A stretch of DNA of 64,000 nt from Macrostomum lignano (taxonomy: Eukaryota), in NCBI GenBank assembly GCA_002269645.1, contig NIVC01001592.1, positions 200,088-264,087 on the forward strand, in the 5' to 3' direction. Shown here in pieces: positions 26,292 through 40,300 of the stretch; within the stretch, counting starts at the first letter, position 1; each line of letters opens with the position of its first letter. The notes beneath the pieces are model-generated. The model made no database searches. It was not told where the DNA came from and worked only from the letters and a program-made list of their open reading frames with translations. Both the position numbers and the translations under genes were made by a program.

Positions 26292-27916
26292 AGCCAAACC
26301 TATAGGGCTCGGAAATTAGCCAGCATAGATAGCTTAATCGAGGCGCGAGGCAAATCCAAATCAACAGCATATAGGCATAAAAAGAAGGCTGAGGCAATTG
26401 AGAATAGAGGGTCGGAAAGCCCACACAAAAATATAGAGGCCCCAGTGGAATGCAGCAAATAATAACAAGATGGCAGCAACAGCTACTCCATTTCATGCAA
26501 CTACTAAAGAGTAAGACAAAGGCGAGGCAGCCAGTTGAGCAAGGCCGGGGTTGACGACGCGAAGGCAGCCAAGCGAAAAAGATTATCGAGCGCGTGTCGG
26601 AGAGACCGCCAGCGGGAGGAGCATCGGGAGCACCTGAATCTGTCATGCTATACATGTTGCGCGAAATCCACCCCGCCAGAGGCAGGGGATGAAAGCATAG
26701 AAAGTTTATAAGGATACAGTCTCCTCCTTTTCCCAGTGTGGCAATGGAAAAGTAAGTCCGAGGATGCATTTCTCAGGCCGAGGCGAAAGCCAAGGCCTTG
26801 AGAATATCATCCGAGGACTTTCTTTTCCATAGACATATTTGGAAAAAGGAGGAGAAAATATTTAACCTACTGAAAGCAAAAGACGCATCAATATCCAGTA
26901 CAGTTAGTCTATGGCACAAACCAATGTGACTGACTGGCTAAAGTGTTATGAATCATCTTGATGATCTACTAAATGGTGCAGTCCATCCATCTGCATACAT
27001 AATAGAGATTTTTTTCTTCTGCATACATAATAAAAACATTTTACCATGGAAGACGACTTAGATCTAGTGTTAGGATATTTTGAAAGTAAATAATCCGCTG
27101 CAACGAATCCTGCTGCTGGTAGTGATCGATTCGCTACGCTCTCGACTGACGAAATACAAGGGAACTGCAGATTGTGGTTGATTTTGGAGGTGAGGTGGGT
27201 GTCAGAGCCAATGCAAATTCAACGCCTATCTAAATGCATTAGACCTCTTATAATTGGTCCAGGCCCTCATTATGATTTATGTATGTCATTATGTGAGATA
27301 TATATACATGTAACTCTCATGTAAATCTAATTATACATGTAATCAGTGTACATTCCCATTTGTACATTGTGGTCGTACAGAAGCGACCAGCACAATATAG
27401 TACGCATATTTAGCGCTTCACCATAGCCGTTGTTGTACGCAGAAGCGTGTGCGCGCCCAGCCCCGCGCAAGTTTCAATGCAGCATTGGTGTAGCGTGCCC
27501 CACCCACCCATAACTGTCCATATTATTACCTGTCCATATACCCAAAATTGGCAGAATTAGCGCCCACCCACCCATAACAGTCCGATCATACCCAATATTC
27601 GTGTACGCGCAGAATTAGCGCCCACCCATCCAAGAAAATATTCATATTCTGTGACCCCCCCACAAAATTGGCGGCCCCGCGCGCGCGTAGGCATGATGAG
27701 TCAGCCGCTGTAAATCGCTGCTGTCCACCCCTCTGCCCTGCGCGGCTCGCTATAGCTATAACTGCAGCAGGGTTACACAACAACCCGGTCGAGACACAAT
27801 GCTAACTTTATAGCCAGACACGTCATCAAGGTCTGAAAACACACTTCTATGCATGAAATATTCTCGTTTAATAAGATGCCAGGCCAATTTTGTTCAGACA
27901 GCATGCTATCATATGC

Positions 27917-28320
27917 GAATTTGAGAATGAGAATTTGAGAATGAGAATTTGAGAATGAGAATTTGAGAATGAGAATTTGAGAATGAGAATTTGAGAATGA
28001 GAATTTGAGAATGAGAATTTGAGAATGAGAATTTGAGAATGAGAATTTGAGAATGAGAATTTGAGAATGAGAATTTGAGAATGAGAATTTGAGAATGAGA
28101 ATTTGAGAATGAGAATTTGAGAATGAGAATTTGAGAATGAGAATTTGAGAATGAGAATTTGAGAATGAGAATTTGAGAATGAGAATTTGAGAATGAGAAT
28201 TTGAGAATGAGAATTTGAGAATGAGAATTTGAGAATGAGAATTTGAGAATGAGAATTTGAGAATGAGAATTTGAGAATGAGAATTTGAGAATGAGAATTT
28301 GAGAATGAGAATTTGAGAAT
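27917..28320. repeat. 14-bp minisatellite (GAGAATTTGAGAAT)n
   Basis: About 29 perfect copies. Confidence 0.97.
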
Positions 28321-29105
28321 TCATATATATGAGAATTTTGCTTGTCAACGCTTGAATTGGAACGACGATAAATACTTCTATGAAAAAACAAACTATTACG
28401 ATAAATTCAAATAACGACCTCTGATTTTAAATTGTATTTTTATATCCTTTCAGAATAGCTAAGAAAAAACATTTTTTTGCGCGCGATGATAAACCACTTA
28501 CCTAAAACGAAGTAAAAAATTAAAACCCTCACCTCAAGCAGCACACTACATGCAAGGAATGTGAGGGTTTCACGACAGATATTCAGACAGACATTCAAAA
28601 CGATCGTCTGTAACTTTAAACAAAATTGACCCGCTTCAACCATCTTTTTGGCAAATATTTACGCAAGTGTTGGGCGTCGAATAAGCTTTAATTTATTAAC
28701 CGAAGTAAAAATCTTTCTGACATACATTGATTTAAAAATTGCTTAGCAACACTCTGATTAGACATCGCTTTACCGTTGACTGAATTTGTTTTGATCGTAG
28801 CAGCCTAAAAGCAGATACTGGATTAAAAAATGCTTCGATTTACTCTTTACGCATGTCTCAGCTTTAAAATGACACCTCAGGTGTCGCAAAAGACAGCTTT
28901 GATGCTGAGATATTCGACACTAAACATTGCTTTGCTCGAACTCACATTCAGAAATTTCACTGATTTTTTATCGATATTTGTGCAGCTGCCGTGTCTTTGT
29001 TTTTCATCAGAATCTCGTCAAATTCTAGTCATGTCTATACGCATGTCTCAGCTTTAAAATGACACCTCAGGCGTCGCAAAAGACAGCTTTGATCAGCCAG
29101 ATCCG

Positions 29106-31585
29106 TCAGTAGCGGCTGACGGACCAGTAGCTAGTAGGAGCTTTTGGTGAAGCGGGAGCGGCTGACGGACCAGGAGGAGCTTGTGGTGAAGCGGGAGCGG
29201 CTGACGGACCAGGAGGAGCTTGTGGTGAAGCGGGAGCGGCTGACGGACCAGGAGGAGCTTGTGGTGAAGCGGGAGCGGCTGACGGACCAGGAGGAGCTTG
29301 TGGTGAAGCGGGAGCGGCTGACGGACCAGGAGGAGCTTGTGGTGAAGCGGGAGCGGCTGACGGACCAGGAGGAGCTTGTGGTGAAGCGGGAGCGGCAGAC
29401 GGACGATGAGGAGCTTGCGAAAAGTGACCTGCTGGAGTTTTACTACTTCCGTATCTAGCTCGCTTTCTACTCCATCGCTCTTCAGCTCTCTCAGCACTTT
29501 CATAACTTCTTTTTTGAACTTTGCGAAATTGAGGGTGCGATTTTACCAGGTTCATAATACTAGCTTCAACGAGTCTTTCTTTAATAAATTTGGCGTTGAT
29601 CGTCGCAAACTGCCCCATGGACAAAGGTAGTCCGTAAGATTCTTTGACTCTTTTAAACCAGCTTTCAACGTGAGCATTGGAGAATGGAGACTTCATCAAC
29701 GAGGCTTTAAATGCGTGACTCCATGTACTAGCACTCCATAATGGAAGAAATGCTAAGTAGTGCGAAATGAGGAGGCTTACAAGGTCTGGACAAAAAATTC
29801 ATTAGTGCTGCAGTTTTCGGTTGGCTGCTGCCTTAGTTTCTCCATCAATGAATCTCGTAGCTTGTTGAAGTACGCATAATATGGTGACAGCCGGTATGCA
29901 GATTTTTCGAGCTTTTTGTTTTCACTTTCGATTATTTCTTGCTTTTCGTTGTATTCAGCATCAGATGATGCCTCCTTAAAGTACTGACAACTACCTGCCT
30001 CAGCATTCAGTTTAGCTTGCGAAGTCAGACAGCCTTCCTTGGTCTGAGATAAAAATATCGTCATCATGTCAGTTATTATTTCTTTTACTTCTTCAATGCT
30101 TTCGGATGTAATAATTAAACTGAAATAGGTAAGGAATTTCTCTCTGATATGTTTTGGTGTCTTTTTACGCCTTAAATACCGACTTGCTGAATGCATCAAA
30201 TGATTCTTACATAAAAATATCCCGTATGTATGCTCATACGTTTTGGACTTCTCAAAATAATGAAAATGTAACCCAAGATATGTTTCCAAGTCACACTGGT
30301 GAAATTCTAAACAGCTGTGAATCAGGGCCCATGAGAAATCAGTGACCCAAATAATGGGCAGGTATGACTGCCGGACAATGGAAATCATATTTAAGATCTG
30401 ATGTCTCAGCAAGCGAAGAAAAGTTGAAATTGAAGCTACATTGTGCTCATTTGTGATGCAGTCAGCGATGGAGCAGGACTGCTCAGTTCTGGATGCTGTG
30501 GTCACCACAGTGTATAAAAACATCCGACCAGGGTCGCTGGACTTCTTAATTATTGAGCCGGTTGAATTAATATGAAGAACCGTCCCGCTGCTTTGCTTGA
30601 TGACAGAAATTAGGTACTCCATCTGATGCCCCGTGTACATTACTAGTCGGACAGGATCTAAGCAACGCTCTCTAATGACTCCTGGCAAATAAGAGTGAGG
30701 ATACTCCTCCAAAAGTGCAATCTTTGCCATAAATAATTCTTGGCTTACTTATTTGTGCAGACTCTCACCATTCCTGATGCGCTTCATAACCCGCTTCAGC
30801 ACATTTTTTGTCTTACAAGAGTCAAAATTTTTTGCTAGAACGTGCGCTCTATGCTCCTCTTCATTCAGTAATTGCCTGTAAGCAGCAGTAACTCCACGAG
30901 AGGCGACTAAAGGACGAATGCGCTCTTCTTCGGCTAAGGTAATCCGTCGAAAAGTTGGATGGCCGCCGTTGTCATGGCAAAAAACACCTTCTCCCTTGAC
31001 AAGCCAATCCCACTGCTCCGAACTTTGGGGCGGCCGTTCCATAATGAAAGTGTAACTTCTACTGCATCCAGCTACTTTGCAAGACGCTTTTACAGTCCAA
31101 AAAGGACAATTACGTTTTCTGGATTGCGGAGTTTGAATATGGCAGTAGCCCCTCATTTTAAGAACACAAGATGACAGTGTTTGCAGTGACTTACATAGGG
31201 CTTCATTTAGTGGCGCTTTGAAAAATATATACTTCGACCTATTTGAAGTCTCCGCCAATTGGACTGCTTCTACGTCGGATCTCAACATTTGAAACCGTCC
31301 TTGAACTATTTCAGAGTTAAGTGAGCTAATGGTATCAAATGGAAGGCTAGTGCTCATACTCGTAAGCGAAGCAGGTTCACAATTGAAATGGTTGTATTCA
31401 TGGCCATGGGATCTAAACTGATCTGTTTCACTTTCACTCGCTTCGGTCTCAGAAGGAGCAGCAGTTGATGGACTGAGGTGAGAAGATGCGTCACGACTTG
31501 AGCTGTTTTTAGAAAACATCTTTATCCAATTAAATATTTTCATGCGGTTCCTTAGGTTGTTCCGCATTCCAAGTCTAGAAGTCAA
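29106..31585 (-). pseudogene. MULE/NOF-like transposase, disrupted (three ORFs)
   Basis: C-x4-C..CH Zn-finger-like region (30749..31585). LHINSTG (first catalytic D reads N), WVTDFSWALI, CKNHLM (CxxH), YLAFLPLWS, NAHVESWF (E). In-frame TAA at 30749-30751; frameshift in a T6 run near 29792-29797. Confidence 0.82.
29126..29410. repeat. 39-bp GC-rich minisatellite at the truncated transposase C-terminus
   Basis: About 7 copies encoding APASPQAPPGPSA on the minus strand. Confidence 0.93.
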
Positions 31586-33775
31586 GACAGAAAAAAGTTG
31601 AGAACTGCTACGGTAGTCCGTAGGGATTGGAAAGCTTAGCAGTACATTAGAAATCGCCTGTTCAATCTAAAAAGTATGAAGTACATAGCTATTGGGTTGC
31701 AACAACAGTCGAAAAAATTCTTCCTTTTTATATCCACCGCTTACCTCATTCCGATTTGGATAGCAGAAGCCACGCAAAAAAAGTAAAAACATAACAAATA
31801 AACTATTTGCTTCATATTAATTGCCACTGACTGTTAATAAACGCGACGTCAATTTCTTTCAATAACAGTTGGAACATGTTTCTCGTACGCTCGTATATTT
31901 ATTTGAACCGCAAAGCGGTGAAAAGTCATGATTGGTCGCCATATGTACGAATGTACACTCACTGACTCACTGACTCAGGTACAATCTATGCAAGATAAAG
32001 GCAGGAATCTTTAAAAATCAAATACTGAAGACAGTTTGTCACGATGTTGATGTTGGCGTAGCGGCTAACTATGGCTAGGACCCTTAAAAGGGCCGTTTTT
32101 ACAAGCGTTGCAGTAAGTCGTAGTTCCAAAATAAGTTGAAGTCAACTCTTGCAAAGCGGATTGTGTAGCGGAGCACTTGGCAATAAAGGCAGGAAACTGC
32201 CGTAGTTGTTTTATTGTTAAAATCAATATTAGGCTTGGTTATTACTGTCAATACACAAACTATAGCTTCTGGGCACTGGCGGCTGCAACAATGGTTTTGA
32301 ATATAATTGGAGGTGAAGTCAAGTGACAGACGAGTGATGCGATGGCGACGTAACGTAATGAGCAATGGCAATGAGCACAGTGAAGGCGGTGAGACACAGT
32401 AGGCAGGATTGGCGTCAGCCGTGGCGTGAGGTAAGGAGGCTCGAGGCAGCCAGACAGAGAACAAGGCAGACAAGCCTAAGGAGAGAGAGAGAGAGCAAAA
32501 CCAGGAAAGAAGGGAGGACACAAGCAGGCACGTGAAGCCCCCAGCCCGCCAGGCGAGGGTTAATAAAGGAGCGCAGAGGGGGGGGGTAGCACGAAGCACG
32601 AGCGGTTCTCATTGGCTGGCTAAAGAACTTAAAATTATCGATCGTGCCAGTTTTCTACGGTCGCATGAAAGGATAGCAAAATGCGCAGTGAGTTAGCGAT
32701 AAGTACAAATTCATTGGGCACTACTACAAGTAAACGTTAAAATAAACTATTGGAGAAATTAAAATGAGTAATAGCAAGGGAAACTATAGTCCAACGGCCC
32801 CTCTCGGGACCACTTAAACTAGCAACGTCACAAGTTTAAGAGAAGTCCAGGTTTAAAAATAGAAGCGATCGATACAATCGATAAAATAATTGCCTTCAGC
32901 ATTCCACAATACACTTGTACGTTAGCAAGGCTCCATACGATGGTTAATAAATGGAGAAGTAGGCAAGCGTCTGAACAACTATTGATTAAAAATCAGTGAA
33001 GTTTCTGAATGTGAGTTCGAGCAAAGCAATGTTTAGTGTCGAATTCATTTTTAGTATATTGGATATCTCAGCATCAAAGCTGTCTTTTGCAACGCCTGAG
33101 GTGTCATTTTAAAGCTGAGACATGCGTATAGACATGACTAGAATTTGACGAGATTCTGATGAAAAACAAGGACACGGCAGCTGCACAAATATCGATAAAA
33201 AATCAGTGAAATTTCTGAATGTGAGTTTGAGCAAAGCAATGTTTAGTGTCGAATATCTCAGCATCAAAGCTGTCTTTTGCGACGCCTGAGGTGTCATTTT
33301 AAAGCTGAGACATGCGTATAGACATGACTAGAATTTGACGAGATTCTGATGAAAAACAAAGACACGGCAGCTGCACAAATATCGATAAAAAATCAGTGAA
33401 ATTTCTGAATGTGAGTTCGAGCAAAGCAATGTTTAGTGTCGAATATCTCAGCATCAAAGCTGTCTTTTGCGACACCTGAGGTGTCATTTTAAAGCTGAGA
33501 CATGCGTAAAGAGTAAATCGAAGCATTTTTTAATCCAGTATCTGCTTTTAGGCTGCTACGATCAAAACAAATTCAGTCAACGGTAAAGCGATGTCTAATC
33601 AGAGTGTTGCTAAACAATTTTTAAATCAATGTATGTCAGAAAGATTTTTACTTCGGTTAATAAATTAAAGCTTATTCGACGCCCAACACTTGCGTAAATA
33701 TTTGCCAAAAAGATGGTTGAAGCGGGTCAATTTTGTTTAAAGTTACAGACGATCGTTTTGAATGTCTGTCTGAAT

Positions 33776-34035
33776 GGGCCTTTTCATATTGCTTGCTCTG
33801 GTTCCAGAACCAGAACCAATTTGTGAAGTATAACTTTTTGTCTCCATAACTAGAGGGAGATAAGTGCTATAAAGTTTTTATTATTGAATGACAATCGCCA
33901 AGAAGAAAGTGAAAAATTGTGCTAAGTTAGGTTGTTAAGGCAGTCAAATATTAACAGAGTTTAATAGTTATACTGCTGTTTTTCTTGGAATTCCGAACCG
34001 ATTCTGGTTCTGGAATTGGTAATATGAAAAGGCCC
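33776..34035. mobile_element. 260-bp MITE (PIF/Harbinger-like) inserted in the right TIR of the MULE
   Basis: 15-bp TIR GGGCCTTTTCATATT; 3-bp TSD AAT. The left MULE TIR shows the empty site. Confidence 0.88.
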
Positions 34036-34788
34036 AATATCTGTCGTGAAACCCTCACATATGCAAGGACGACTCTACATGATGTATGTGCTAAATTAAA
34101 TAAGCTCGGCGGCGCGGCAACAGTGCCAATAATGCGACGCGAACGGCAGCTGGTGCTACATTACAATTACCTACATATCATATACACTAGGCCACTAGCG
34201 TCTATGTATGTGCAAGTATATTTAGTATATTTCAGATTTAGTAATATTTAGATATTATAGCCTTAAAAGGCTATATAAGGCTATAATTATAATGGTTAGG
34301 CCTATGCCCCATTATGTTAGGCCTAGGGCCTATTATATAGGCCTATGACATGAGTCACGCGACTTTAAGCCTGCTATATTACGAGGACCTATATTGTTAA
34401 ATAATAAATCTTATCAGTAAAGACTGCACTGAGATTTTGAAAGTTAGGCCCCTACTTTCTTAGTATTTTTTTCTATCATATTTGATAAATTGCAGAGACT
34501 GTGTGAATGCTTAAGGCAATCAAATGAAGCCAATTTTCAAGTGATCACACAAAATTTCAGTTGATGATTAACAAATCTTTGACAATCACCTCAGTTTTTC
34601 ACACCATCAACTAACTTTTATGAATGATTGCAAGTACTCACTCACACTGCAATCAATGGACATATACAGGATATACTGAGAAGAATGACTAGGTTAGTAG
34701 GTAGGGCCTAGCCCTAGGCTAAGGTTTAGAGGGTGATGCAAGTTTTTCAATTAGTTGTATTAAAAATACTGTGTGCACATATCTCCAG

Positions 34789-34985
34789 CCAGTGGTGCAA
34801 CCAGAGGGGGTGGGGGGAGGCAGTTGCCCCCCTTATTTGGCAGAGACCCAAAAAACAGTCAATACAACAATAGTCAAAGGGGGACCAAGCAAATTTTTGC
34901 CAAAAACAAAGCCACCCCTCTGCCCCTTTCCTCCTAGGACTTTACCCTCCAGAATCTGCCCTTCAAAAAATTTCTGGTTGCGCTA
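34789..34985. mobile_element. Degenerate GC-rich MITE
   Basis: Imperfect inverted ends GTGCAACCAGA / TCTGGTTGCGC around G/C runs; no clear TSD. Confidence 0.4.
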
Positions 34986-35503
34986 AGCCTACTGTCTCTA
35001 GCTAAGTCTAAATTGTATATATTTTCAGCAGGTTTGAGAAAACTAGGCTAGGCCTATTTTATGCTTTGGATTCAATACCAGTGTACAATCTATACTAGTG
35101 TATTAAGGGCAAAGCCAGTGCTTTTGTTGATATAACTGGCATGTGATGCAAGCTAGGCCTAACAAAAAAAACCTTGCATAGGCCTATTATAATTTTCTAT
35201 CTTCCTTTCTTGGTATTTTGATTTTTATGATGCCAAAGGTTGTAGGCCTATAAAATAAGATTTTCTTGCAGTTGCACCTTGTTTATTAGGGATTCTAGCA
35301 GCAACCAACAGACATTGTTTGTAATATTTTTACATACCTGCTCATTTTGCTTATTTCAAGGGTTGGTTAACTTTTTTATTTTAAGGGTCAGATAAAGAAC
35401 CTAGAGTCTAGAGCATGATTGCAGTCTAGAAGAAAGAGGAGATGAAGAGTAAAAAAGAAAGGAGATAGGAGAAAGAAGAGGCGAGGGAATAAAGGAGCAA
35501 AAA

Positions 35504-35675
35504 CATACATGCGCAACCTAGGTATTCACCCGGCCGTTTCCATTGGCAACACACACATGTAAGTTGCTATTGGCTGAGAGCAGTCACGTGACTACTATTC
35601 TCTCCAATAGCGACTTACATGTGTGTGTTGCCAATAGAAACGGCCGGGTGAATCCCAAGGTTGCGCCCAAGCATG
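35504..35675 (+). mobile_element. 172-bp palindromic MITE, CATACATGCGCAAC family
   Basis: Long internal inverted repeat; perfect 8-bp TSD AGCAAAAA; homologues at 47389 and 55259. Confidence 0.9.
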
Positions 35676-37300
35676 AGCAAAAAGGAAACAAGACAAGAAA
35701 AAAAATGAATTAGACTAGGAGAATAGAAAATAAAAAAAAGAGGAGCAAAGAAGAGACAAGAAAAGAAAAAAGCGCTAAGAAGAATCAAACATTAAATAGG
35801 CCAGATTGCTATTGTGCAATTTCAAAGGACTGCAAGGGTTGGATGAAGAGGCTTTATAGGCCACATTTGGCCTGTGGGCCAGAGTTTGCAACTTTTGGCT
35901 CATGTGATAGAAAATAGTTAATAACATAACTAGTGTGATAACCAATCAATTTTGAAGCGACAGTCAGACTAGATGGAAAGTTGTTTAAATAGAATGGTTC
36001 AAGTTGAGTTTTGTGTATTGTGCAACTTGGCATGTTGTATAAGAGGCAAGCAACCAATGTATAGCATTTTAGTTGATCAACTGGCCTTCGTATTATTAAC
36101 TTTGTTGCTGAATTTAAAAATTTTCTAAGTTAGCTGAGATTTTAAGTGATCACATAAAAATTTAGAAATTCTTTAGTCAAACAAATCATGTGATTTAATC
36201 TTTCATTTGATTGCAGTGTAAATAAGCCTTTACTTTATCTACCCTACTCAAACCACCAATTGCTTTGCATTGTGTCAGTTTTCAATCTCATTGAATATGA
36301 AATACATGGCATTTAATAATATTTAGTATAGTTTGTATATCACTAATAAAATTCTTATTTCTTCCCTTTCAGTAAAAGAAACAAATGGCTGGTTCACTTT
36401 TTGTGCATGCCAGTGGTAGTCGAAGATCATGTAAGTACTATAAGTGATTTTTATTATAAAAAAACAAGTTTTGTATAACAATAATTTTTAGATTGTCAAA
36501 AAGGTTTCTTTCAGGTTTATAGTTAGTTACTATTTTAATAGTTTTTAAATTATAAAGTACTTATACTAAATATTGCTTTAAATTGATATTATTATTACTG
36601 GCTTTCATCTTATTAAAAGTAGGAAGTAAAATGTAGTATGCTAGAATAAATAGTGACTACTAATTGTTTTATTGCATGATTAATTTTTGTCTTTTGCATT
36701 CAATCAAATATATTTGTAAAATTCAAAAACACACAAATCAAAATTATTGCACTCATTTTAGCATTTGAAGTTGGAGGTATGCATTGTTGTTAACATGTTT
36801 TTAGACTGCTTTTTAGCTTTTTAAATGATAGCCTTTTTATTCAATTTCAATTCCCAGTTTCTAATAATCTTTGCAATCCTTGCTATATAATTTAACAAAA
36901 CCAATTTTCATTTTATCATTTTAATTAATAGTCATTGATCTTATTATCAACTAGATCCAAAGTTTTTTTAAGTGCTGCCAATTTTTTATCTAATTTCTAT
37001 AATTATTTTTTTCTAATAGCATTTCAGCTGAAAATCAAAATCAAAACCCAATTCTTAAAGTAATTACATTTTTGTGGCATGATTGGCTATAAAATTTTTG
37101 CCTTATGACACTGACACTCGCAGAAGTTCGATTTTTATTGTTACCATCTTTAGACAAAATGTTAAAAAAATGGTCTAAGATATTTTGATTTGTTGCTTCT
37201 GTAAAGAAAATCTGAATCAAATTGAGAAAAAAACATTGCACCCAATCTAGCAATGATATTTTGATCAAAACTGGCAGGCTGTACCGAGACACTGCTCAGA

Positions 37301-40300
37301 ATGCTTCCACAGGGTGAACGTCCCGCCCTGGCTGTGCTCACTTCTGGCGGCGACTCGCAGGGCATGAATCCCGCGATTCGGGCCACAGTTAGAATGGGCA
37401 TCTACTGTGGATTTCGAGTCTATTTGGTTTATGAAGGATACGAGGTAATTTGTTTGGCAAATTACTCATAATGGATAGAAATAGGCACAAAGCCTAGTCA
37501 TAGAATTAAGCACATAGCCTAACTGTAGACATAAATAGGCACATAGCCTAGTCATAGATATAAAAGGAACATAGCCTAGACATAAGCAAGTAGCCTGGCC
37601 ATAGACATAAGCAAGTAGCCTGGCCATAGACATTAGCAAGTAGCCTGGCCATAGACATTAGTAAGTAGTCTGGCCATAGACATTAGCAAATCATCTGGCC
37701 ATAGACATTAGCGAGTAACCTGGCCATAGACATTAGCAAGTAGCCTGGCCATAGACATTAGTAAGTAGTCTGGCCATAGACATTAGCAAATCATCTGGCC
37801 ATAGACATTAGCGAGTAACCTGGCCATAGACATTAGCAAGTAGTCTGGCCATAGACATTAGCAAGTAGTCTGGCCATAGACATTAGCAAATCGTCTGGCC
37901 ATAGACATTAGCAAGTAGTCTGGCCATAGACATTAGCAAGTAGTCTGGCCATAGACATTAGCAAATCGTCTGGCCATAGACATTAGCAAGTAGTCTGGCC
38001 ATAGACATTAGCAAGTAGTCTGGCCATAGACATTAGCAAATCGTCTGGCCATAGACATTAGCAAGTAGTCTGGCCGTAAACAACTTGATTCTATCGTCAA
38101 AACTTCAGCTAGTATAAGTTTTTCGCTCTCGCCGTTACCCACCCAGGGCATGATCGGTGACGGAGAGCCGCCGCTCAACCGCGAGATGATCCGCGAAGCT
38201 ACGTGGGCCTCGGTGTCCAATGTGACCCAGCTGGGCGGCACCATTATCGGGTCGGCTCGGTCGGCGCGATTCCGTACGCGCGAAGGGCGCCTATTAGCGG
38301 CTCGCAATTTAGTTAGGCGCGGTATTAATAACCTGGTGGTGATTGGAGGCGACGGCTCGCTAACAGGTGAGGGAAATTCAAACTTTCTAATCTTGATTCC
38401 ACGGTTTGTCAACTTCTAGACCCTTAATCCTGGTGTCAATATCTAGTGACTTGAACACAGTCCTTGAATTCCTTACTCTTTATATATCAGAATCCGAACT
38501 TATCCTAAAGTTAGAATACCCAAAAAGTATAAATGCTAATATTTAGGTTATAAATCTTTTATATACCCTTGCTGAAATTCCTAAAGTCTTTGTTCTAACC
38601 TCTTTAATTGTTGAAACCCGAATCTCCGACACCCAGGATCACAGGAAGCTTAAATCCCGGACATTCAAGAATCCCAGAATTCCCAAATCTTAGAAATCCA
38701 GAGTATCAAGAGTATCATTAAAATCACCAATCAATGCCTAAACAATTAAATTAAAGAGTGCAAATATTTAAAGTGCATCGCGTGCTTGCCTTCCAGGCGC
38801 GGACCTATTCCGACGCGAGTGGCCAGCTCTGCTAGAAGATCTGCACAGGTCCGGCGCCATCACCGAGCGACAGAGGATGGACTACGGCCTGCTGCACATT
38901 GCTGGCATGGTCGGCTCCATTGATAACGACTTCTGCGGCACAGATATGACTATTGGCACAGACTCCGCCCTGCATCGCATTATGGAGGCCTGCGACGCCA
39001 TTGTAACAACTGCTCAGAGCCATCAGCGGGCATTCGTCATGGAGGTGATGGGCCGGCACTGCGGCTACCTGGCGCTGGTGTCCGCCCTATGCTGCGAGGC
39101 TGACTTCTTGTTCATCCCGGAGGAGCCGCCGGCGCCCGATTGGCCCGACGTGATGTGCAACCATCTGAGCAAGGTTGGTTGCTTTCTTTGCGGCCTTGGT
39201 GGGTCAGGTCAGCTGATTAATTGCCTTGGTGGGTCAGGTCAGCTGATTAATTGCCTTGGTGGGTCAGGTCAGCTGATTAATTGCCTTGGTGGGTCAGGTC
39301 AGCTGATTAATTGCCTTGGTGGGTCAGGTCAGCTGATTAATTACCTTGGTGGGTCAGGTCAGCTGATTAATTACCTTGGTGGGTCAGGTCAGCTGGTTAA
39401 TTAACTTGGTGGGTCAGGTCAGCTGGTTAATTGCCTTAGTGGATCAGGTCAGCTGGTTAATTGCCTTGGTGGGTCAGGTCAGCAGGTTAATTACCTTGGT
39501 GGGTCAGGTCAGCTGGTTAATTGCCTTGGTGGGTCAGGTCAGCAGGTTAATTACCTTGGTGGGTCAGGTCAGCTGGTTAATTGCCTTAGTGGATCAGGTC
39601 AGCTAGTTAATTGCCTTAGTGAATCAGATCAGCTGGTTGGTGGGTCAGCTTAGCTGGTTAATTGCCTTAGTGGTGGGTCAGGTCAGGTCTGGTGCTAGCA
39701 GCTGATGGGTTACAGTGTGTCAGGCCCAATACCCAGTCGCCCGCATGTGTTCACACCGACCTCCCGCCCCGCAGGCTCGCACCCAGGGCGGCAAGCGGCT
39801 CAACATTGTAATCGTGGCCGAGGGCGCCATCGATACGGAAGGCGCGCCGATTAGCGCCGCTTCGGTTCGCGACGCCATTGTGCAGCGCCTAAACTACGAC
39901 ACCCGGATCACCGTGCTCGGCCATGTGCAGCGCGGCGGCGCGCCGTCGGCTTTCGATCGCCTGCTGGGCTGCCGGATGGCCGCCGAAGCCGTCCTGGCGT
40001 TGGTTGACGCCCGCGCAGATCCCGACTTGCCGTCAACCGTTGTCAGCTTGGAGGCCAATCAGGCTGTGCGGCTGAACCTCATGGACTGCGTTCAGCGGAC
40101 TAAGGCGGTTAATGAGGCTATCATGGCTAAGGAGTATGCCAGGTGTGTTTTAGAGTTTTAGATGTTACAAAAACCAATGCTTTTAAGCATTGCAGAATCC
40201 CGAGTGGGTGTTTCAAGGTCATTTAAGAATCCTGAATAGGTGTTGTAAGGTCATTTGAGATTCCCGAGTGGATGTTTCAAGGTCATTTGAGAATCCCGAG

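Larger units (their letters stand above)
28559..34060 (-). mobile_element. Mutator-superfamily (Foldback/FB-NOF-like) element with long repeat-containing TIRs
   Basis: TIRs start ATGTGAGGGTTTCACGACAG; left 28559-~29092, right ~32985-34060; internal 190-bp tandem units. 9-bp TSD ATGCAAGGA (28550-28558; 34061-34069). Confidence 0.9.

Noticed and set aside
26400-27010. Older hAT transposase remnant on the minus strand (DGWT, LDN, CCCH)
   Set aside because: The motifs are short, in different frames and with atypical spacing; needs an HMM hit.
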